Below, piece after piece: positions 19,547 through 31,300 of a DNA stretch of 64,000 nt. Positions within the stretch are counted from its first letter, which is position 1. Each line of letters opens with the position of its first letter. Origin of the DNA: an uncultured Gaiellaceae bacterium (lineage in GTDB: Bacteria; Actinomycetota; Thermoleophilia; Gaiellales; Gaiellaceae); NCBI GenBank assembly GCA_963820695.1, contig CAWGAP010000001.1, positions 147,087-211,086 of the forward strand, read 5' to 3'. A program made the translations under genes and the position numbers. Below the pieces are notes generated by a model, which searched no databases, had not been told where the DNA came from, and was given only the letters and a program-made list of their open reading frames with translations.

Positions 19547-19974
19547 GCCGGCGATTGTATTTGCCGCGCGCGCATTGCCGGTGGGAAGGCTCCCGGCGAC
19601 AGCGCTGCCGGCCGTCCTCGTCGCACCAGCACGCTCGCTCGTTTCAGGGACTCGACCTCGACCTCAGCCTGATGCTTTACCGGCGCCGGCGTCGTGCGAA
19701 CCGACGCCGACTCCGAGCCCGACCGGCCGCTTCCGCGAGCTGTCCCTCACCCGTTCCGTCCGGCACCGGTGGACCAGCGGCGGGAACCGCATAACCATGC
19801 GGGGACGCGTCGGCTCGGCATGCGCCCGTCAGAGCTGACCCAGAAGGGTGATCTTCGGCCGCGATTGTCATTTGCAAGTCGCCTTTCTTCTCAAGTCCGA
19901 CCACCCTCGGGTCGATGCACCAGGTGCGCGCATACACCTCTCTTCCGCGCGCGAAGGAAATGCGGGTCAAACAC

Positions 19975-22368
19975 ATGGCGATCAACGAAGAACTGCGGCC
20001 TTCGAATCGCCCGGCGAGAGCCGGGGGACTGCGTGTGCACGTCCGCGCGGTGCTCGCCCTTGTCGCCCTTCTAGCCGTCTTCCTCGCAGGCGCAGCGCTG
20101 CGCCGCGAGGCGCCGCAGGTGGAGTTCCTGCAGGAGGCGCTCGGCGAGCCCGCAGCAACCGCCCCGCTGACACGCCGGCCCGACGAGCAGACCCGCGTCG
20201 AGCTCCACCCGGGCGGCTACACGCTCGAGCGCGGGCGCGTCTCGGTCGGGCTCCGCTCGACCGTTGCGGCCGACACCGATCTCAGCGCCTTCGCGAACGG
20301 CGCCTCGCGACGGACGCCGTACGGCTGGGAAGCCGTCACGGTCGGCCGCGCGAAGACGGAGCAGTTCCTCACGGTCGTCGAGCGCCAGGGCTCGAAGACG
20401 TGGCGCTGGGAGCTCGAAACCCTCGACTTGACCCCGAGGGTTGGCGACGACGGCGCGGTCGGTTTCATCCGCGGCGGACGACTGCTGTCGGACGTCGCGT
20501 TCATCGAGCCGGTCCGGATCCTGGACGGAGCGGGCGACGACGTCACCCCGACCGACGCGCGCTGGGCGGTCACGGAGACCGCCGGTCGCTGGTACCTCGA
20601 GCTCGCGCTCGACGACGCGAAGCTTCCCCTCCCCTACGTGATCGACCCCGCGATCTCCAACCGGTCGGTCGGCGTCTCGACACCGAACGCCGCGGCCGCG
20701 ACCGAGGTCGTTCCGGTCCCGGCCGGCGTCGTCGCCGGCGACGTCCTGATCGCGCAGCTGACGATGCGCAACAACACGACGATCACCGGCGTCACCGGCC
20801 AGCCCAGCGGCGGTGGAGCCTTCACGTCGATCGACCGCCGCGTGACGACGGGGACCGTGATGGCACAGGAGGTCTTCTACCGCGTCGCGACCGCTTCGGA
20901 GCCCACGACGTCGTACACGTTCGCCCTGAGTGCGAGCGTCAAGGCGTCGGCCGGCATCGCCGCGTACGTCGACGGCGCGAACCAGGCCAACCCGATCAAC
21001 GTCTCGAACGGGCAGGCGAACAACACCGCGAGCACGACGGTCGCCGCGCCGACGGTGACGACGACCGTCGCCAACACGCGTCTGCTCACGCTCGTCGGCG
21101 CAGCGACGGGCAACGCGACCACGACGAACTGGACGGGCCTCACGAACGAGCGCTGGGACACGTCGTCGACGTCGAACGGCGCAAACACGCGCACGTCCAC
21201 CGGTCTCGGCGACGAGGCCTTCGTCGGTCCCGGCGTCACCCCCGCTCGCTCGGGCACGAACGTCGCGTCGGCGGTCAGCGTCGGCCAGACCGTGGCGATC
21301 GCGCCGCTCGCCGCCGACGGCTCCGGCACGCTCACGACGCCGACCTCGAGCGTGGCCTCGCAGTCGACCGGGAACACGATCACGTTCACCTACACGGTCG
21401 CGACCGGCGGCATGCGCGCCGGCTCAGTGACCCTCGTCGCTCCTACGGGCTGGACGGCTCCTTCGACCACCGGCGCGAACGCCGGGTACACGACCGCATC
21501 GTCGGGCACGGTCGGAGTCGCGGGCCAGACGATCACCGTCTCGAACCTGACGCTCACCGCAGGATCGACCTTCACGATCACCTACGGCTCGACGGCGAGC
21601 GGCGGGCCCGGCGCGACCGCTGCAGGCCCGGCCGGCGCTCAGACCTGGCAGGCGCAGCAGCGCTCCTCGGCGACGAGCGGCGCTCTCGCCAACCTCGCCG
21701 CCTCGCCCTCGATCACGATCAACCCGGGAGCAGCCGCCCAGATCGCGCTCACCGGCTCGACCGCGAACCTGACCTCTGGCGCGACCCGCGTCCTCACCGC
21801 CACGATCCAGGACGCGTACGGGAACACCGTCACCTCCGACAACTCGACCGTCGTCACGTTCTCGAAGCAGTCGGGGGCGGGCACCGTGACCGGCACCGGC
21901 ACCGCGACGGCCGCCTCGGGAGTCGCGACGAAGACGATCACAGGTGCGCTCGTCGGCTCGGTGACGATGCAGGCGACGGCGGGCGGTCTGACGACCGGCA
22001 CGCTCGGCGCCTTCACCGTCGTCCACGGCGCCGCCACCCAGATCGCGCTCAGCGGCTCCACCGCCAACCTCACCTCCGGCGCCACGCGGCTCCTCACCGC
22101 CACGATCCAGGACGCCGCCGGCAACACCGTCACCTCCGACAACTCGACCGTCGTCGCGTTCGCCAAGCAGTCCGGCGCCGGCACCGTCAGCGGCACCGGC
22201 AACGCCACCGCTTCCGCAGGTGTCGCGACGAAGACGATCACCGGCGCGCTGGCCGGTTCCGTGACGATGGAAGCGACGTCGGCAGGTCTGACGACCGGCA
22301 CGCTCGGCGCCTTCACCGTCGTCCACGGCGCCGCGACCCAGATCGCGCTCACGCGGCTCGACCGCTGA
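19975..22368 (+). CDS. Giant surface protein, fragment 1 (N-terminal TM, unknown domain, 300-bp units 1-2)
   Basis: This is ORF 19915..22368. The TGA at 22366 arises because an extra g at about 22348 (ctcacGcggctcg, versus ctcaccggctcg in sister units) shifts the frame. Confidence 0.8.
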   Translation: MAINEELRPSNRPARAGGLRVHVRAVLALVALLAVFLAGAALRREAPQVEFLQEALGEPAATAPLTRRPDEQTRVELHPGGYTLERGRVSVGLRSTVAADTDLSAFANGASRRTPYGWEAVTVGRAKTEQFLTVVERQGSKTWRWELETLDLTPRVGDDGAVGFIRGGRLLSDVAFIEPVRILDGAGDDVTPTDARWAVTETAGRWYLELALDDAKLPLPYVIDPAISNRSVGVSTPNAAAATEVVPVPAGVVAGDVLIAQLTMRNNTTITGVTGQPSGGGAFTSIDRRVTTGTVMAQEVFYRVATASEPTTSYTFALSASVKASAGIAAYVDGANQANPINVSNGQANNTASTTVAAPTVTTTVANTRLLTLVGAATGNATTTNWTGLTNERWDTSSTSNGANTRTSTGLGDEAFVGPGVTPARSGTNVASAVSVGQTVAIAPLAADGSGTLTTPTSSVASQSTGNTITFTYTVATGGMRAGSVTLVAPTGWTAPSTTGANAGYTTASSGTVGVAGQTITVSNLTLTAGSTFTITYGSTASGGPGATAAGPAGAQTWQAQQRSSATSGALANLAASPSITINPGAAAQIALTGSTANLTSGATRVLTATIQDAYGNTVTSDNSTVVTFSKQSGAGTVTGTGTATAASGVATKTITGALVGSVTMQATAGGLTTGTLGAFTVVHGAATQIALSGSTANLTSGATRLLTATIQDAAGNTVTSDNSTVVAFAKQSGAGTVSGTGNATASAGVATKTITGALAGSVTMEATSAGLTTGTLGAFTVVHGAATQIALTRLDR

Positions 22369-25300
22369 CCTCACCTCAGGCGCCAACGCGGCTCCTCACC
22401 GCCACGATCCAGGACGCCGCGGGCAACACCGTCACCGCCGACAGCACCACCGTCGTGGCCTTCGCGAAGCAGTCGGGCGCCGGCACGGTCAGCGGCACCG
22501 GCAATGCAACCGCCGCCAGCGGCGTCGCCACGAAGACGGTCACCGGCGTGCTCGTCGGCTCCGTGACGATGGAGGCGACGGCCGGCGGGCTCACGACCGG
22601 CACCCTCGGCGCCTTCACCGTCGTCCACGGAGCAGCGGCCAGATCGCGCTGACCGGCTCGACCGGCGACCTGACCGCGGGCGCTACGCGGGTGCTGACTG
22701 CGACGCTTCAGGACGCGGCCGGCAACACGGTCACGTCGGACAACTCGACGGTGGTCGCGTTCGCGAAGGCATCCGGCGCGGGCACCGTCACCGGCACCGG
22801 CAACGCCACGGCGTCGAGCGGGATCGCATCGAAGACGATCACCGGCGCACTCGTCGGTTCCGTGACGATGGAAGCGACCTCTGCCGGGCTGACGACGGGC
22901 ACGCTCGGCGCCTTCACCGTCGTCCACGGCGCCGCCACGCAGATCCAGCTGACCGGCTCGACGGCCGACCTCACCTCAGGAGCGACCCGGGTGCTGACGG
23001 CGACGATCCAGGACGCCGCCGGCAATACGGTCACCTCCGACAACTCGACCGTCGTCGCCTTCGCCAAGGCCTCCGGCGCCGGCACCATCAGCGGCACCGG
23101 CAACGCGACCGCCTCCAGCGGCGTCGCCACCAAGACGATCACCGGTGTGCTCGCCGGCTCCGTCACGATGGAAGCGACCTCGGCCGGCCTGACGACCGGC
23201 ACGCTCGGCGCCTTCACCGTCGTCCACGGCGCCGCCACCCAGATCGCGCTCACCGGCGCGACGGCCAACCTCACCTCCGGCACGACGCGCCTGCTAACGG
23301 CCACGATCCAGGACGCCGCCGGCAACACCGTCACCGCCGACAACACCACCGTCGTCGCCTTCACCAAGCAGTCGGGCGCCGGCACCGTCAGCGGCACCGG
23401 CAACGCCACCGCCTCCAGCGGCATCGCCACCAAGACCATCACCGGCGTGCTCGCCGGCTCCGTCACGATGGAAGCGACGTCGGCCGGTCTGACGACAGGC
23501 ACGCTGGGTGCGTTCACCGTCGTCCACGGTTCGGCCGCGGACATCATCCTGACCGGCTCGACGGCCGACCTGACCTCCGGTGCGACCCGCGTCCTCACAG
23601 CCACGCTCAAGGACGCCGCCGGCAACACCGTCACCTCCGACAACACCACGGTCGTCGCCTTCGCCAAGGCCTCCGGCGCCGGCACCGCCACCGGGACCGG
23701 CAACGCGACCGCCTCGAGCGGCGTCGCCACGAAGACGATCACCGGCGCGCTCGTGGGCTCGGTCACCATGGAAGCCACAGCGGCCGGACTGACGACCGGC
23801 ACGCTCGGCGGCTTCACCGTCGTTCACGGCGCCGCCGCCCAGATCGCGCTCAGCGGCTCCACCGCCAACCTCACCTCCGGCACGACGCGGGTGCTGACGG
23901 CGACTCTCCAGGACGCTGCGGGCAACACCGTTACCTCCGACAGCTCGACCGTCGTCGCCTTCGCCAAGCAGTCGGGTGCCGGCACTGTCAGCGGGACGGG
24001 CAATGCCACCGCGTCGAGCGGCGTCGCCACCAAGACGGTCACCGGCGTTCTCGCCGGCTCGGTTACGCTGGAAGCGACGTCGGCCGGTCTGACGACTGGC
24101 ACGCTCGGCGCGTTCACCGTCGTCCACGGTCCGGCGGCGGACATCATCCTGACCGGCTCGACCGCCGATCTGACCTCCGGTGCGACCCGCGTCCTCACGG
24201 CCACGCTCAAGGACGCGGCCGGCAACACCGTCATCTCGGACAACTCGACCGTGGTCGCTTTCGCCAAGGCCTCGGGCGCCGGCACCGTCACCGGCGCCGG
24301 CAATGCCACGGCGTCGAGTGGGATCGCGACGAAGACGGTGACAGGCGCCCTCGTCGGCTCGGTGACGATGCAGGCGACCTCGGCCGGGCTCACGACCGGC
24401 ACGCTCGGCGCCTTCACCGTCGTCCACGGCGCCGCGACCCAGATCCAGCTCACGGGCTCGACGGCCGACCTCACCTCCGGCACGACCCGGGTGCTGACGG
24501 CGACGATCCAGGACGCCGCCGGCAACACCGTCACCGCCGACAGCTCCACCGTCGTCGCCTTCGCCAAGGCCTCCGGCGCCGGCACCGTCAGCGGCACCGG
24601 CAACGCGACCGCCTCCAGCGGCGTCGCCACGAAGACCATCGCCGGTGTGCTCGCCGGCTCCGTCACGATGGAAGCGACGTCGGCCGGTCTGACGACCGGC
24701 ACGCTCGGCGCCTTCACCGTCGTCCACGGCGCCGCCACGCAGATCCAGCTGACCGGCGCGACGGCCAACCTCACCTCCGGCTCGAATCGGGTGCTGACAG
24801 CGACGATCCAAGACGCCGCCGGCAACACCGTCACCTCCGACAACTCAACCATCGTCGCCTTCACCAAGCAGTCGGGCGCCGGCACCGTCAGCGGCACCGG
24901 CAACGCCACCGCCTCGAGCGGCGTCGCCACCAAGACGATCACCGGCGTGCTCGCCGGCTCCGTCACGATGGATGCGACCGCCGGCGGGCTCACCACCGGC
25001 ACGCTCGGCGCCTTCAACGTCGTCCACGGACCGGCCGCCGACATCGTCCTCACCGGCTCGACCGCCGACCTGACCTCCGGTGCGAGCCGCGTCCTCACGG
25101 CCACGCTCACGGACGCCGCCGGCAACACCGTTACCGCCGACAGCTCCACCGTCGTCGCCTTCGCCAAGGCCTCGGGCGCCGGCACCGTCACCGGAACCGG
25201 CAACGCCACCGCCTCCGCGGCGTCGCCACGAAGACGATCACCGGCGCACTCGTCGGCTCCGTGACGATCGAAGCGACCTCGGCAGGTCTGACGACCGGGA

Positions 25301-28300
25301 CACTCGGAGCCTTCACCGTCGTCCACGGCGCCGCCGCCCAGATCGCGCTCGCAGGCTCGACGGCCGACCTCACAGCAGGCGCGACGCGCCTGCTGACGGC
25401 GACTGTCCAGGACGCGGCCGGCAACACCGTCACCGCGGACAACTCGACAGTGGTCGCCTTCACCAAGGCCTCGGGCGCCGGCACGGTCGGCGGGACGGGC
25501 AATGCCACCGCCTCCAGCGGCGTCGCCACCAAGACCGTCACCGGCGTCCTCGCCGGCTCGGTGACAATGGAGGCGACCGCGGCTGGTCTGACGACCGGCA
25601 CGCTCGGCTCCTTCACCGTCGTCCACGGTCCGGCCGCCGAACGTCCTGACCGGCTCGACCGCCGACCTGACCTCCGGTGTGAGCCGCGTCCTCACGGCCA
25701 CGCTCACGGACGCCGCCGGCAACACCGTCACCACAGACAACTCCACCGTCGTCGCCTTCGCCAAGGCCTCCGGCGCCGGCACCGTCAGCAGGCACTGGCA
25801 ACGCCACCGCTTCCGCAGGTGTCGCGACGAAGACGATCACCGGTCAACTCATCGGCTCCGTGACGATCGAAGCGACCTCGGCAGGTCTGACGACCGGCAC
25901 GCTCGGAGCCTTCACCGTCGTCCACGGCGCCGCCGCCCAGATCGCGCTCGCAGGCTCGACGGCCGACCTCACCTCCGGCGCGACCCGCCTGCTGACGGCC
26001 ACGATCCAGGACGCCGCCGGCAACACCGTCACCGCCGACAGCTCCACCGTCGTCGCCTTCGCCAAGGCCTCGGGTGCAGGCACCGTCAGCGGAACGGGCA
26101 GCGCGACCGCCTCCAGCGGCGTCGCCACCAAGACCGTCACCGGCGTGCCTCGTCGGCTCGGTCACGATGGAGGCGACCGCCGGCGGACTCACCACCGGCA
26201 CCCTCGGCGCCTTCACCGTCGTCCACGGTGCCGCCACCCAGATCGCGCTTTCGGGCGCGACCGCCGACCTGACCTCGGGCGCTACGCGGGTGCTCACGGC
26301 GACGATCCAGGACGCCGCCGGCAACACGGTCACGTCGGACAACTCGACGGTGGTCGCGTTCGCGAAGGCATCCGGCGCGGGCACCGTCACCGGCACCGGC
26401 AACGCCACGGCGTCGAGCGGGATCGCATCGAAGACGATCACCGGCGCACTCGTCGGTTCCGTGACGATGGAGGCGACCTCTGCCGGGCTGACGACGGGCA
26501 CGCTCGGCGCCTTCACCGTCGTCCACGGCGCCGCCACGCAGATCCAGCTGACCGGCTCGACGGCCGACCTCACCTCCGGCACGACCCGGGTGCTGACGGC
26601 CACGATCCAGGACGCCGCCGGCAACACCGTCACCGCCGACAACTCCACCGTCGTCGCCTTCGCCAAGGCCTCCGGCGCCGGCACCGTCAGCGGCACCGGC
26701 AACGCGACCGCCTCCAGCGGCGTCGCCACCAAGACGATCACCGGTGTGCTCGCCGGCTCCGTCACGATGGAAGCGACGTCGGCCGGTCTGACGACCGGCA
26801 CGCTCGGCGCCTTCACCGTCGTCCACGGCGCCGCCACCCAGATCCAGCTGACCGGCTCGACGGCCAACCTCACCTCCGGCTCGAATCGGGTGCTGACAGC
26901 GACGATCCAGGACGCCGCCGGCAACACCGTCACCGCCGACAACTCAACCATCGTCGCCTTCACCAAGCAGTCGGGCGCCGGCACCGTCAGCGGCACCGGC
27001 AACGCCACCGCCGCCAGCGGCGTCGCCACCAAGACGATCACCGCCGTCCTCGCCGGCCCCGTCACGATGGAGGCTACGGCCGCCGGGCTCACCACCGGCA
27101 CCCTCGGCGCCTTCACCGTCGCCCACGGCCCCGGCGCGCAGATCGAGCTGACCCACTCCGGCTCAACGGCCTCGGGCGACAATCACACGCTCACAGCCAC
27201 GATCAAGGACGCCGCCGGCAACACGGCCACGGGCGACAGCGCGACCCTCGTTGCCTTCGCGAAGACCGGCGGCCCCGGCACGGTCACCGGGCTCGGGAAT
27301 GCCACCGCCTCGAGCGGCGTCGCGACCAAGGTCGTCGTCAACGCGGCGTCCGGCCAGATCGACCTCGACGCGCAGGCCGCCGGCCTCTCGACCGGAACCG
27401 CCAGCTACGTGATCGGCGCGGGCGCCGCCTCGACGGCGACCAGCACGATCAATGCCTCCCCCACCTCGATCGTCGCCAACGGCTCCAGCACGAGCGCGAT
27501 CACGGTCCAGCTCAAGGACGCGGCCGGCAACAACCTCACGGGCTCGGGCGGCACGGTCGCGCTCGGCCTGACCGGCACGGGCTCGCTCTCCGCCGTCACC
27601 GACAACGGCGACGGCACCTACTCGGCCACGCTCACCGCCCCGACCACGGTCGGCAGCGCGACCGTCACCGGCACGCTCAACGCCGCTGCGCTCGCCGCCA
27701 CGGCCGGCGTCACCTATACGCACGGCCCGGCGACCCAGATCACGCTGACCGAGAGCGGCTCGACCGTCGCGGGGAATGCCCATACGCTCACCGCAACGAT
27801 CAAGGACGCGAACGGGAACACGGTCACGAGCGACAACTCGACGGTCGTCGCGTTCGCGAAGACGGGCGGCGCCGGCACCGTCACCGGTCTCGGCAACGCA
27901 ACCGCGTCCAGCGGCGTCGCGACGAAGAACGTCAGCAACATGCTCGCGGGTCAGATCGACCTCGACGCACAGGCGGCGGGACTCACCGCCGGGACGGCGA
28001 CCTACACGATCGACCTCGGCCCGGTGAGCTCGGCCTCGTCCGATTCGACGGTCGGCGCCGCACCGGCGACGGTCTACGCGAACGGCACCGACTCGGCGAC
28101 GATCACCGTCACGCTCCGCGACGTGGGCGGCAACGGGATTCCAGGCAAGACCGTCTCCCTCGCCCAGGGCTCCGGTAGCTCGACGATCACGGGCGGCGGC
28201 AGCACGAACGCGGCCGGCGTCGTCACCTTCTCCGTCTCCGATGCGACCGTCGAGACCGTCACGTACACGGCGACCGACACGACCGACTCGATCACGCTCG

Positions 28301-31300
28301 CCGACGACGCCAGCGTCGACTTCACCTTCCAGGACACGACGCCGCCGACGAACACGATCACGCTCGGCAGCGCCACGGGCGCCTGGCTCAGCGGCACGAC
28401 GCTCTACTACAACGGCGCGGCAGGCGGCTCCTTCACGCTTTCGAGCGCGGTCGCGGACGGCGGCTCCGGTCCCGCGTCCGCCGCGTACCCGGCGGTGACG
28501 CAGTCCGGCTGGACGCACGGCGTCGAAACCGTCTCCACCCCGGCCGGCGGCCCCTACGTCTCGAGCGCGTTCTCGTTCAACGCCGGCTCGAGCGGCAACT
28601 TCACGCACGCCGTCACGGCGAGCGACGCCTGGACGCCGCCGAACACGAGCGTGACGACGCTGAACCTGACCGACGACTCGGCCGCGCCGGCGGCAAGCAT
28701 CCTCTGCAACGCCGCTGCCTGCTCCGCCGGCTGGTACCTGAGCTCGCCCGTCTCGGTCACTCTGGCCGCTCCCGACGCCGGCGCCGGCCTCGACCAGATC
28801 CGCTACACGATCGACGGCACCGACCCGACGATCCTCACCGGCAACGTCTACAGCGGCGCGTTCGCCGTCGCCGCCGAGGGCGTGACGACGGTCAAGTACC
28901 GCGCCTTCGACCGGATCGGGAACGACACCGGCGTGCTGACGCAGGCGGTCCGGATCGACACGATCGCACCGAACACGACGATCGACTCCGCGCCCGCGGC
29001 CGCCACGCAGGACACGACACCGACGTTCGTCTTCAGTTCGCCCGAAGCAGGCACGAGCTTCCAGGTGCGCGTCGACGGCGGCTCGTGGACGTCCGAGACG
29101 AGCCCGCTCTCGCTCGGCCCGCTCGCCGAGAGCACCTACACGTTCGAGGTGCGCGCAACCGACGTCGCCGGCAACGTCGACGCGACCCCGGCCTCGTTCA
29201 TCTTCACGGTCGACACGACGCCCGCGAACACGACGATCACGTCCTCCCCGCCGGCCGCGTCGAGCTCGACGGGCGCAAGCTTCTCGTTCACTGCCTCCGA
29301 TGCAGGCCCGGGCTTCGAATGCCGGCTCGACGGCGGCGCCTTCGCCGACTGCTCGAGCCCGAAGTCATACGTCGGTCTGACGGAGGCCCCGCACACCTTC
29401 GAGGTTCGCGCCGAGGACGCCGCCGGCAACCTCGACCCGACGCCCGCCACCCACGCCTGGACGGTCGACCTGACCGCGCCGGACACGTCGTTCCTCTCCA
29501 CCCCTGCGAATCCGAGCGCGAACGCGACGCCGACGTTCGGCCTCGGCGTCGACCGAGACGCCTTCGACGTTCGAGTGCGACCTCGACGGCGGCGGCTGGT
29601 CGCCCTGCTCGACGCCGTTCACGACGCCGTCCCTCGGCGACGGCTCGCACACCCTGAAGGCGCGCGCCACCGACGCCGCCGGGAACACGGATGCCTCCGA
29701 GGTCACGTTCCCCTGGCTCGTCGATGCGACCGCGCCGACCGGGTCGGTCACCTCGCCCGCGAACGGCGCCGACATCGGCGGCACGGTCGTGCTCGCGAGC
29801 AACTCGGCCGATACCGGCGGCTCCGGCGTCGCGACCGTCGTCTTCCAGCGCTCGCCCGCCGGCGTCGGCAGCTGGACGAGCCAGGCGGCGAGCTGGGACA
29901 CGACGGCACAGGCGGACGGCGACTACGACCTGCGCGTCGTGACCACCGACAACGCCGGCAACTCGTTCACCTCAGCGGTGATCACGGTCACCGTCGACAA
30001 CACGGATCCGTCCCTCTCGGTCGTCGCGCCGAACCCCGTCAATCTCGCGACCGCCGATCCGGCCACCGTCTCCGCGACCGCGACCGACGACGGCAGCGGC
30101 ATCGCCAACGTCCGCTTCGACCAGTGCGCCGAGGACTCCCCCGCGTGCGTCTCCGACTCGTGGGTGCTGCTCGGCGTCGACACGGGCGCGCCCTACCAGG
30201 CCTCGTGGCCGATTCCCTCCGACGGCCCGCGCCTCCTGCGGGTGCGCGCGACCGACAACGCCGGCAGGCAGAAGACCGAGCTCGTCCTGATCACGATCGA
30301 CCGGGTCCGGCCGACCGGCTCGCTGACCGCTCCGGCCGCCGGCGCGAACCTGCGCGGCGCTGCCGTCGCGCTCGCGGCCACGGCCTCCGACACCGCCCCG
30401 GGCGCCGTCAACACCGTCACCTTCCAGCGCTCGCCCGCCGGCGCCGGCACCTGGACGGACATCTCGATCGACGCGTCGGCGCCGTACACCGGCACGCTCG
30501 ACACGACCGGGCTCGCCGACGGCCTCTACGACCTGCGCGTCTTCACGACCGACGCGGCCGGCAACGCCGAGGCCGCACCCGCGACGACGCAGGTGCGCGT
30601 CGACAACACGCTCCCGACCGGCGCCGTCACCGCTCCGGCCGCAGGCGCGAACGTCCGCGGCACGATCGCGCTCAGCAGCAACTCCGCCGATGCCGGCTCC
30701 GGCGTCGCGACCGTCCAGTTCCAGCGCTCCCCCGCCGGCGCCGGCAGCTGGACGAACCAGGCCGCCAGCTTCGACACCACCGCAGTCGCCGACGGCCAGT
30801 ACGACCTCCGCGTCACCACCACCGACAACGCCGGCAACGCCTTCACCTCCACCGCGATCACGATCCGCGTCGACAACACGCTCCCGACCGGCGCCGTCAC
30901 CGCTCCGGCCGCAGGCGCGAACGTCCGCGGCACGATCGCGCTCAGCAGCAACTCCGCCGATGCCGGCTCCGGCGTCGCGACCGTCCAGTTCCAGCGCTCC
31001 CCCGCCGGCGCCGGCAGCTGGACGAACCAGGCCGCCAGCTTCGACACCACCGCCGTCGCCGACGGCCAATACGACCTCCGCGTCACCACCACCGACAACG
31101 CCGGCAACGCCTTCACCTCCACCGCGATCACGATCCGCGTCGACAACACGCTCCCGACCGGCTCGGTCACGGCGCCCGCGAACGGCACCGAGATCGGCGT
31201 GGCGCCGGTGGCGCTGACGAGCGACTCGGCCGACGCGGGCGGCTCGGGCGTCGCGACGATCGTCTTCGAGCGCAGCCCGGCCGGCGCAGGCACGTGGACG

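Noticed and set aside
19547-19974. Cobalamin riboswitch (next to the B12-dependent mutase) or a c-di-GMP riboswitch (upstream of the giant adhesin)
   Set aside because: I could not find the B12 box or the conserved GGTG...GGGAA core, nor GEMM-type GCAAAGCC / tetraloop-receptor features, on either strand. An Infernal scan would be needed to be certain.
21724-27129. Possible CRISPR array, because of the strict periodicity
   Set aside because: The units are 300 bp, contiguous, have no unique spacers, and encode a protein domain in frame. This is not CRISPR.
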